From Naegleria gruberi (Eukaryota): DNA of 64,000 nucleotides. Location: assembly GCA_000004985.1 (NCBI GenBank), contig GG738919.1, one strand, 5' to 3'. Under the pieces are notes generated by a model that worked only from the letters and a program-made list of their open reading frames with translations, did not search any database and was not told the DNA's origin. This document shows, one piece after another, positions 11,301 through 19,090 of the stretch (its first letter is position 1; each line of letters opens with the position of its first letter). The position numbers and the translations under genes were made by a program.

Positions 11301-12185
11301 ATCGGTGTTGGAATTCAAGGAAAGGAAGGATCTCAAGCTTCTCGTTCCTCTGACTTTTCAATTCCTCGTTTTAAAAACCTGGTAAGATTATTGGCCGTTC
11401 ATGGAAGAAATTGCAGTGTGAGAAATGCCGACTTTTTACATTTGAGTTTCTACAAGAATTTTATATTGCTCCTTCCTCAATTTTTCAATATTTTCTATTG
11501 TGGATATTCTGGAACTTTAATATTCGATTCTTGGGAATTAATTGTCTATATTGGAATTTACTTCTTTTTTCAACCGATTGCATTTGGATCGTGTGAAAAG
11601 GATTTACCTGAGGAGGTGATTTTAGAGCATCCAGAACTCTATGATTCACTCAAAAAATCTGGAAATTTATTCAATCTCAGAACATTAATCATGTGGGGAA
11701 TTGCTGCCATCTATCATGCACTTGTCATTTTCTTTGGAATTATTCTGAGTGTGGATGGAGATTTTATGGAGAATGGACCTACTGACCTATATCATTTTGG
11801 TAAAATTATCATGACATGTATGGTTTGTGTGGTCACTTTGATATACATTTTGGAGATTAAAACATTGACAGTTCCAGTTTTAATCTTAATGCCACTTGGT
11901 TTTTTATTTTACTTTGCATTCAATGCTTGTTATTCTCCAATTGCAGATGAATTGGGAGATCCTGAGAGTTTATACATTTATTATGAAACTTTTGTGAGTG
12001 TACAAGCTACCTTGACTACGATTCTAGTAGTTGTAGTTGCAATTTTACCGAATATCATTTGGAAAGCTGCCAAGATTACCTTTTTCCCATCAGAGTCTCA
12101 ACGACTTTTATTGGAATATCTTGAAAAGAAGGAACACCAAACTCAAGAGGAAGCTAATAAGGGAAAGCAACCAAACTCAAAGTAG
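8322..12185 (+). CDS. P4-type phospholipid-translocating ATPase (flippase), 1287 aa, single exon.
   Basis: P-type motifs DKTGTLT, TGDKTETAINI, GDGVNDVAMIQAASIGVGI and a 10-TM topology. ATG at 8322. Confidence 0.9.
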   Translation: MSSHLSDGHDHYNSDCNQPLESHQQNQQQLDDDSKQDNNLQKTTIPTTTTTVLDHHSLSENHIALLNNHHSHHHHIIQEESLYIDGEQFDDGDDYVVKQGDRQLVESAPSSVEEIHGGVQEESISLLSKMYWKVKDKIVDLMCYVIKKKPLGDDFELEEKEQELKEETQQEVEPVEKSNFASEDETERKFEKIYINNREENRKCRKPFPKNSVTTTKYSILTFIPKNLFEQFRKAINVYLLLTVIAVLIPDLSPMFPPAAVLPITIIVLVQMAKDGFEDFQRYRQDRKANNEKCRVIRDGILQEIQVKNIEIGDVVSIKKDEVFPADLLCIHSSREDELCYIETANLDGETNLKSRRPIKGSSKVFHHDVAENNIGDFAQLKGKVQVEMANNNLDVFEGMLKMQTQVMGYGELISINEPLTMENLLLRGCTLRNTQHIFGIAIYLGKHTKIFMNTKENKVKRNELWVTLNKILVFLVLFQQVLCAIVAGLQGNFHDTFESGAFYLAPLDDSPASFVSVMSTWVTTFILLNYIVNETIIIGFEAVKTFQSWDIQSDAEMRFGDIKTQVRTANLNQALSSLDFIFSDKTGTLTQNEMKYSDSWTDGMYYSEKSNPGSMKEKLVQYHQFGKIDIENQPHHHQQTSVHGAEHHASCIREFLTCLTLNNSVMPEKDLQNPERINYNGPSSDEIALLEAATNNGFKLIQRTNEGLVIDEMGETRFYEIIATFPFTSDRKRMTVLVKTQEGRYIAYVKGADNVMLKRCRARKEYVHELKSALLNFSVQGLRTLVIGRRELSMSEFETWFDGYNKASMSSKNRGKMIAQSASDLEIDLELVGCTAIEDKLQDDVAKSIDYLSRAGLKIWVLTGDKTETAINIAYSTNVLVKDKTIEIRIRDANTHQQAKKKLKEALEFLQNNSNKGFEFGLIIDSKSLEFILDKYEKRFIELARYVHCAVCCRLKPLQKSSIVKLIESKLHKKALSIGDGVNDVAMIQAASIGVGIQGKEGSQASRSSDFSIPRFKNLVRLLAVHGRNCSVRNADFLHLSFYKNFILLLPQFFNIFYCGYSGTLIFDSWELIVYIGIYFFFQPIAFGSCEKDLPEEVILEHPELYDSLKKSGNLFNLRTLIMWGIAAIYHALVIFFGIILSVDGDFMENGPTDLYHFGKIIMTCMVCVVTLIYILEIKTLTVPVLILMPLGFLFYFAFNACYSPIADELGDPESLYIYYETFVSVQATLTTILVVVVAILPNIIWKAAKITFFPSESQRLLLEYLEKKEHQTQEEANKGKQPNSK

Positions 12186-12279
12186 TACTGAGGAATATTT
12201 TGAATGAATGATATTAAGGACAATTAAAGTTTTGGTTTACGATTTTCAAAGAGAAAGAAATTTCCAATGTCGACTGTTG

Positions 12280-12432
12280 GGTCGTTGGTCTAGAGGAATG
12301 CAATTTTAGAAAAGGTAAAATGATTCTCCCATGCCGGGAATTGAACCCGGACCTCCTGGGTGAAAGCCAGGTATCCTAGCCATTGGACTACACGGGAATC
12401 TTATTCATAATGAAAATATTCCCTTAATGAAT
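12280..12432 (-). repeat. tRNA-Glu repeat unit including conserved flanks (about 35 nt upstream, about 25 nt downstream), copy 1.
   Basis: Upstream flank ..GGAATATTTTCATTATGAATAAGAT and downstream flank GAGAATCATTTTACCTTTTCTAA are shared with the other two copies. Confidence 0.7.
12326..12397 (-). tRNA. tRNA-Glu (anticodon TTC), copy 1 of 3.
   Basis: Reverse complement is TCCCGTGTAGTCCAATGGCTAGGATACCTGGCTTTCACCCAGGAGGTCCGGGTTCAATTCCCGGCATGGGAG, identical to the copies at 15889 and 32740. Confidence 0.9.
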
Positions 12433-12543
12433 TTTAAATAACATGATCCTGTATCTTATTTCCTTTAGCATCAAAAGCTGTTTCTAATTGAAATTCAACT
12501 TACAACATCGAGTACACTATTATTTTGGTGTAATGGTAGTATT

Positions 12544-15500
12544 TTATTTGAGTTTTGAATAAATTTTTTCCAAATACTGTGTTATTTCTCTGAAGGAAGG
12601 CCTCTTACTTGGAATGGAATTCCAACATTGCTTCATCAATTCCACATAATCACTACACACGTTACAAACAGTTTCATGATCTAGAGAATTTTTCTTCTCA
12701 AATGGTTCAATAAACTCTCTCAACCACACCTCCAATTCTTCATTGTTATTCCAGGGAATTTTAGGACGTTCACCCCTCACCACCATCACTGGAACGGATA
12801 ATGCAAGTGAATCTTGATGTGGTGATTGAGAAAATTTGTGAATTTTAGGAGAATTGGAAAAAAATGGTTTCTCCTCAAAGAATAGTTCATACATAATGAT
12901 ACTGTAACTGTACACATCGAGTGCATTTCCAATTTCTTGTCCACTTCCAATTAATTCTGGAGCCATATATAGAATGGTACCTAAATTCATTGTCATTGAG
13001 AAACTTCCACTATTTGAGGTCAACTTGGACAAACCAAAATCACAAATTTTAGGTTTCAAATTGGCGTCCAGCAAAACATTTCCACATTTAAGATCTCTGT
13101 GAATTAAAGATAATGGCTTCAATGAGTGTAAATAGTCCATTCCTTTGGATACTCCCGATAAAATTTCAATCTTTTCCTTTAAATTCAACTTTTTTCGTCC
13201 TGATTTAGAGTTGGCAATTGCAGTTTCCAAACTCCCATTTTCCAAATATTCCACAACCATATATCTTGTATTTGAGCTGATAGATATTCCAAATAATCGA
13301 ACAATAGCTGGATGTCTAAGACTATTCAATAAACTTGCTTCATGCTCAAATTCATCCTCAAGTAATTCATCATCTGTTTTCAAGCTCTTCACAGCAACAT
13401 TAATACCATTCCATTGAGCTAAGTATACACTACCATGACTTCCTTCACCAATTCTCTTGCTTATTTCAATATCTTCAATTGGAATTAACAAATTATTGGA
13501 AGATTTCGTCTGAATATTTGTCAAGAGCGGGGTTGAAATCTCTCCAAATACAAACTTCTTGTCAATAATCTTTTTAGCAATTTGGGATTCACGTTTATCC
13601 TTTTTGTGGAGTCTAAATAATCTTTTTCCAATCTGAGTAGTCAAAAAAGCTCCAAATCCCAATAAGATTAACAGCAATATCACTCCAAATATTGTTGAAA
13701 CAGCAATGGCTGAATAATTCTTGAATTTACAAACTCTACTTGTTGGTAAACCTTCATATCCAAAATCGAATGGGCACTTCTCCACATTAATTCCAATTTC
13801 AAAGTTGTAGAGAAATTCTGATAACGAAACTTGAATATTAAAATTGCTTTCTCCTTCACACCATTCAAATGATAAATTCATAATGGTATTGTTGGCTTCC
13901 TTCTCGTGCATGATAATAATCGAAGATTTTGAATTAATGGAAGAAACAACAGGTAATGCTTGGAGTGATGTAAGAGTATTGTTGAACTCATCAATTATTT
14001 GAATAATTTCTAATGTTATTTGCTGACCTGGATAGAGAGATAGTTTTGGAATTGTATTGCTGGTGGAAGAATAAATGCTTTTAGAATTTGACGTTTTCCA
14101 CAACACTTGTTGGATGTGACTAGAACCACACTGTCCAGATAATGCACCATCAGATGAAACTACACAACTTTTCAAAAATCGATTATCCTGTGGAAAATAT
14201 ATGAAATTCCCTGAATAAGTAGCATCGTTTCCAATATTACTTGTTTGAAAAACTCTAACTTCCCCATAACAAGCACCTCCCTTAACAGCCAAGTTGTACT
14301 CAAAATTAGATCCTGAAAAGTAGAAAAAGCTGTTTGAGGAATAAATGGCACCACCATTTCCACAATCCTTAACACTCAAACATCCTTCAAAGTTTCCAAT
14401 AGCTTGATTGGAAATGAATTTTGAAAATCTATCTGTAATAAAAGACCTTTCAGAATAAATAGCACCTCCATTAGATGCCTTATTATTGATAAATAGACAA
14501 TTAGCAGTTGTAAGTTTTGCTTCATTCAAATAGAGCGCACCTCCTTGATTAGACCAATTGTCTCTAAACGTGCATTCAATGATCCTAATACGTTCACTAT
14601 CAAGTTTCTGTTTTCCATTATTATTAATTGACAGGGCATTTCTATTTCTTTCAAATATACAGCTTTCAATTGATAAATCGTTGACTTGTTGGAATGAGAG
14701 AGGTTCAACATTATCTGAAAAGTTCATAGATTCAAATTTGGCTTGAATATTTCCAATAACTTGAATACTTGAATTATTAGAAAGTGAAATTGCACTCACT
14801 AATATAGATTCGCTTCCAATCCACACATTATTAGTTTGTTCCATTTTACATTCTTTCATAATTATAGCCCTCACAGACATGATAAATAGTGTGGAACCTT
14901 CGAATTGATTTGAAGTAAAAATTATTTGCTCTGATGAGGTGATGGCTATAACGCTTTGTTTGAAAATGCTATCATTCATTCCAAAATCAATAATATTATC
15001 ATTATACACTTTAGATTTTCCTTGAATATTCGAATTTACAATTAATCCATTCTCAATTCTAATCTTTGCTGTTGAAAGTGAGCAATTCAATAATGTTGAA
15101 TTGTGAATAAGCGCTGGATATAAATAACTCCAAAGTGAACATTTATACATTGTCGATTTTTGAATAATTAGTAAATCTGCATAATAGTTAAGCTCTACAT
15201 TTTCCAAAATACAGGAATCGATCATCCAAAGTGGAATTTTAGACGAACTTGCACTATCAATTTTCAAATTAGATAATTTCACATTTGATAATATAAATTG
15301 ATCACATTGTTTCGATAGATAACTAATACTTTCAAGAACATCCCACTCACTTTGTGTAATATAATAGTAGTCCTTTCGGTTCCCAATAATTAATGAATTA
15401 GTTCCATTCTGAATATCTTCCAATAAATAGGACGAAATTGTTAAATTAATTAATTTTCTATTATTATTAATAAATGTTGGCTTTGTCAAATTACTCATCA

Positions 15501-15771
15501 AATAAATTTTAATATTCAATTCATCATCGGAAGAAGTTAAATTATTTGAAAGATAATTTCGAATTTGTTGTAATGAAGAACATGGACTGGAGGGAGATAG
15601 ACAAGGAAGATTCGACTCATTGTTATTTGTATTTTCATTATAGAAGAAGGTTAATTGGAGAGAAAGAGTGAAGGGAAGAATGGATAATAGAAAAAGAAAG
15701 GCAAGATTTGGATTCATTTTTTTAATATTGAAAAAGATGAAGATCCGATAACAATACAGCCCCATCGACAT
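12544..15771 (-). CDS. Receptor-like serine/threonine (TKL-like) protein kinase with a signal peptide, a right-handed beta-helix (pectin-lyase-like) ectodomain and one TM. The real start may be the second ATG at 15717.
   Basis: C-terminal kinase motifs HRDLKCGNVLLD, DFGLSK and GTILYMAPE. The N-terminus MNPNLAFLFLLSILPFTLS is a signal peptide. TM segment AVSTIFGVILLLILLGFGAFL. Repetitive beta-helix-like NxS/GGAIY segments. Confidence 0.8.
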   Translation of the reverse strand: MSMGLYCYRIFIFFNIKKMNPNLAFLFLLSILPFTLSLQLTFFYNENTNNNESNLPCLSPSSPCSSLQQIRNYLSNNLTSSDDELNIKIYLMSNLTKPTFINNNRKLINLTISSYLLEDIQNGTNSLIIGNRKDYYYITQSEWDVLESISYLSKQCDQFILSNVKLSNLKIDSASSSKIPLWMIDSCILENVELNYYADLLIIQKSTMYKCSLWSYLYPALIHNSTLLNCSLSTAKIRIENGLIVNSNIQGKSKVYNDNIIDFGMNDSIFKQSVIAITSSEQIIFTSNQFEGSTLFIMSVRAIIMKECKMEQTNNVWIGSESILVSAISLSNNSSIQVIGNIQAKFESMNFSDNVEPLSFQQVNDLSIESCIFERNRNALSINNNGKQKLDSERIRIIECTFRDNWSNQGGALYLNEAKLTTANCLFINNKASNGGAIYSERSFITDRFSKFISNQAIGNFEGCLSVKDCGNGGAIYSSNSFFYFSGSNFEYNLAVKGGACYGEVRVFQTSNIGNDATYSGNFIYFPQDNRFLKSCVVSSDGALSGQCGSSHIQQVLWKTSNSKSIYSSTSNTIPKLSLYPGQQITLEIIQIIDEFNNTLTSLQALPVVSSINSKSSIIIMHEKEANNTIMNLSFEWCEGESNFNIQVSLSEFLYNFEIGINVEKCPFDFGYEGLPTSRVCKFKNYSAIAVSTIFGVILLLILLGFGAFLTTQIGKRLFRLHKKDKRESQIAKKIIDKKFVFGEISTPLLTNIQTKSSNNLLIPIEDIEISKRIGEGSHGSVYLAQWNGINVAVKSLKTDDELLEDEFEHEASLLNSLRHPAIVRLFGISISSNTRYMVVEYLENGSLETAIANSKSGRKKLNLKEKIEILSGVSKGMDYLHSLKPLSLIHRDLKCGNVLLDANLKPKICDFGLSKLTSNSGSFSMTMNLGTILYMAPELIGSGQEIGNALDVYSYSIIMYELFFEEKPFFSNSPKIHKFSQSPHQDSLALSVPVMVVRGERPKIPWNNNEELEVWLREFIEPFEKKNSLDHETVCNVCSDYVELMKQCWNSIPSKRPSFREITQYLEKIYSKLK

Positions 15772-15854
15772 AAGGTAATCAATTTTCCTTGAATATGGTG
15801 AGTGAATTTAAATTCTAGGGTCAATATTCTTGGCTTTGTCATAATGTATGTTGA

Positions 15855-15985
15855 TTCATGGAAGGAATATTTTCATAATGAACAAGATTCCCGTGTAGTC
15901 CAATGGCTAGGATACCTGGCTTTCACCCAGGAGGTCCGGGTTCAATTCCCGGCATGGGAGAATCATTTTTACCTTTTCCAACTAA
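15855..15985 (+). repeat. tRNA-Glu repeat unit with conserved flanks, copy 2. Inverted relative to copy 1, so the pair brackets the kinase gene.
   Basis: GGAATATTTTCATAATGAACAAGAT upstream, GAGAATCATTTTTACCTTTTCCAA downstream. Confidence 0.7.
15889..15960 (+). tRNA. tRNA-Glu (TTC), copy 2.
   Basis: Identical 72-nt tRNA. Acceptor TCCCGTG/CATGGGA with a G-T wobble, anticodon loop CTTTCAC. Downstream flank has a TTTTT run. Confidence 0.9.
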
Positions 15986-16157
15986 TAATTCTTTCTTTTC
16001 ATAAACTAACTTTAATTGTCCTTATAATATCATTATTGCTTTTTTGATTCAAAAAGATTTTAAAAATTAGTTCTAGGAGAGAACTCTTTGTTCCTGCATA
16101 CACTCGAACTCTAAAAATTACTACTTTTTCATTGCAATAATAAATTCAAAAAGAAAA

Positions 16158-17417
16158 ATGCTTCCAAAATCCAAGTACAGTCCCAACAATTTTCGAAAAT
16201 ATCAAACCACACCCAAGAAACGTAAAACTTCATCCGATTCCAATCTGGCAAATGAAATTGTCGATTTAACTCTCGATGAAAATCATATCATTTCCATTGA
16301 TGATGATGAGGAGGAGCAAATTCATCACTCCGAGAGAGTAAAATGTATTTTAATTGATCATCATCATAACGAGTTTAATGATGAAGAAGAATTTGAACTG
16401 ATGAGTTTATTGATTGGTAAATTGAGAGGAAAGTTTATTCGGTCAGTTTCTCTGGAATTTGATTCGTGCTATCAGTTGAGTGTTAAAGCAATGAAGAAAC
16501 CATTTGATGTAAAGATTTCGTATAATCACAAATTGGTTGTTGTCTCTGATTATAATGCAAATTCATTGTTTCTTTTTGATTTGATAACAAAGAGATATTT
16601 GACGAAACTATATATTAAGAATCCACATTATATTGCCATAGAATCAAATGTGGATTATCGTGAAGGAACTGAAAATGATGCAATTATTGTAACAAGTGCT
16701 AGTAACCATGTTTACAAAATTGACATTAAATTGAGTGTGAAAAATGGAAAGAGTTCAGAAATTTGGAAAGTTGGTGGAACGAAACATTTCAATTCCCCAT
16801 GTGGAGTAGTTGTCTATCATAACAAGGCAATGGATAGAAGAGAATCCCATGAAAATTCATATTTCAGATTAAATCAACAAGAAAGAGATGAAAATCTTGT
16901 AATGGTTTGTGATTTTAATAATAATAGAATTCAAGTGTTGGGTTCAAAGTATGGAAATTTGATTTCTTCAATTACATTGATTCCTGGAATTGGATTACAA
17001 ACTCCGTGGATGATTGATGTGAATTCGTATGGAGATTTGGTTCTTTCTGAATTTTCGAATAGAGTTCAATTGATTAGATATGTTTCGAATGTGTACGATT
17101 ATATGGATATTGCAGAAAGGGAAGAGATGGATTCAGACGGATGGGTTTCTCTTCATCAATTCTCATCTGAATCAAATTCAAGAAATGTCAAGACCAAATG
17201 TTGTGGAATTGTAGTTGACAAGACCACTCAGAATGTAATAATATGTGATAGAGATTCGAATATCATTAGAATATTCAATGTGAATGGAATATTTATCAAG
17301 GAAGTGAGAGGAGTCATTAATAATCCGAGAGGAATCTGCATTGATGAAAGAAGTGGAGAATTACTCATTGTGGATTCGGAAAGAAAATGTGTTAAGGTAT
17401 TTGGACATGTTAATTGA
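16158..17417 (+). CDS. NHL-repeat (beta-propeller) protein with an acidic N-terminal region. TGA stop.
   Basis: NHL-like repeats (NNNRIQVLG, NIIRIFNVNGIFIKEV, RGICIDERSGELLIVDSERKCVKVF). ATG at 16158. Confidence 0.6.
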   Translation: MLPKSKYSPNNFRKYQTTPKKRKTSSDSNLANEIVDLTLDENHIISIDDDEEEQIHHSERVKCILIDHHHNEFNDEEEFELMSLLIGKLRGKFIRSVSLEFDSCYQLSVKAMKKPFDVKISYNHKLVVVSDYNANSLFLFDLITKRYLTKLYIKNPHYIAIESNVDYREGTENDAIIVTSASNHVYKIDIKLSVKNGKSSEIWKVGGTKHFNSPCGVVVYHNKAMDRRESHENSYFRLNQQERDENLVMVCDFNNNRIQVLGSKYGNLISSITLIPGIGLQTPWMIDVNSYGDLVLSEFSNRVQLIRYVSNVYDYMDIAEREEMDSDGWVSLHQFSSESNSRNVKTKCCGIVVDKTTQNVIICDRDSNIIRIFNVNGIFIKEVRGVINNPRGICIDERSGELLIVDSERKCVKVFGHVN

Positions 17418-17711
17418 TTAAATTTGTGTAATTTTAATTTCAAATATTAAACCATTCAAAATTAAAAACTATCGGAATCTAATTGCAAATAGTAAGGAAA
17501 GGAATTATCTTATCGGAATCTGAAGATTCAAATTCAAGTCAACCAAGGAAAGGAATTATCATTAAAGAAGGAAATGATCATAAAAGAAAAATAGACAATT
17601 CTCTCAACATTCCTTATGAGGAGATTGAAGTGATTGAGTATTAATTCCATCAAGGATTGACCTTATTATTCTCTAATATATTTTAGAAACAAAACACTCA
17701 ACAAGAACAAG

Positions 17712-18176
17712 ATGAAACGTTTGCTTACTAGCGTCTTAATAATTGCCTGCCTTTCGGTACTGATGATGGACATGACACTATGCTTCTTCCAACAACCATT
17801 CAATAACATGTTCAACAATAATTTCCAATTTCCTGGAGCTGCAACAACTGGTTTTCCAAATATGTGGATGAATAACAATTATGCATGGAACAATCCAGCG
17901 GCAACTTATGGAGCAGCAGGTTGGAACAATTACAATCCAGCAACAACCTACGGAACAGGTTTTGGCTACAATACTGGATTTAATGGTGCAGCAGCTTTCC
18001 CATACGGAAGCAATAACAACTTTATCAAGAGTGGAGCCATTCCATCGTCAGGTTATGGTGGTCATCAAGTCATCACAACACCAACAAGAGAAGGTTATGA
18101 TGTAGAGTATCAATTCCCAGGAGGAAGAGCTAAAAAGTACTATTCTTCTCAAAGCTTTGTGCAACAAGTACTTTAA
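17712..18176 (+). CDS. Small secreted N/G/Y-rich low-complexity protein.
   Basis: Signal peptide MKRLLTSVLIIACLSVLMM, then NxxxN/GYG-rich sequence. ATG at 17712. Confidence 0.45.
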   Translation: MKRLLTSVLIIACLSVLMMDMTLCFFQQPFNNMFNNNFQFPGAATTGFPNMWMNNNYAWNNPAATYGAAGWNNYNPATTYGTGFGYNTGFNGAAAFPYGSNNNFIKSGAIPSSGYGGHQVITTPTREGYDVEYQFPGGRAKKYYSSQSFVQQVL

Positions 18177-18212
18177 TAAAAGTTTTTTATTTTAGTAAGA
18201 ACGAATATTGGC

Positions 18213-18485
18213 TTACTTAGTCTTGGTGAAACCAATGAGAGCAGCGTTTTCTCTGAAGCATTGTCTGCAAATGTTAAGACCGTACTTTCTGATCATACCC
18301 TTTCTGTTACCGCAAACCTTGCATCTTCTAGCACCCTTTGAGTTATTCTTTGGGTGAGTGAACCAGATATTTTCGTAGCCCACTAGATATTGATGGTAAA
18401 GAACAAGTTGTTATGTTGGTTGAATCATGATGGTGAATTGTTTTGTCAGAGGTAAATTACCAAGTTGTTTAAAATGATACGTACT
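18213..18485 (-). CDS. RPS29: 40S ribosomal protein S29, join(18213..18382,18485). A 102-nt intron 18383..18484 splits the start codon as A|TG.
   Basis: Exon 2 encodes (M)[55 protein letters not shown], matching S29. Exon 2 begins TG GGC with no ATG. Upstream is AAACA|GTACGTAT...ATATCTAG|TG, giving A+TG. Confidence 0.8.
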
Positions 18486-19090
18486 GTTTATGTGGAGTAG
18501 TTAAGAATTTTTTTTTCAACAAAATTTTAGAGAGTTAACCAAGATGCCAATATTTTACAACGAAAGTTTTAAGCAGAGAATCACCAGCTGATGAAAAAAA
18601 TTGTCTTATTGTTGTAGAGCAATCATGAGCCTTATCATCATCAAAAGGATCATTAACTTCTCTCCAATGATGAAGATATTCGTTGGGAGATTTATTATGA
18701 AAGCATATTATTAATAATTCTAATTTTCGGAGAATATCATCATTATTTTGAATGGTTATTCTCAAGAATTAGAAATATCTTCATAATGAAGAACGAACAA
18801 TAATTCCTACTAATTATTATTTAACCTAATTGTGTAGTTTTACATTGACTAAGAACCCTCTACTATTTTACTTCTCTTGTTGACGCGTTAATATAATTTT
18901 GTTGGAACAAAGGCTTTGAATATTATAAACTCATCAATTCTATATAGGAACCAACCTTCAGGAACCGTTATCTTATAGTAAAAACATCCAACTACGGATT
19001 AGAGCTAAACACTAATGTCCAATTGTCGAGATATAATGATAACCATTGATAGCACGTCGTCTCACTCAAATAAATTACGCAAATAACATC

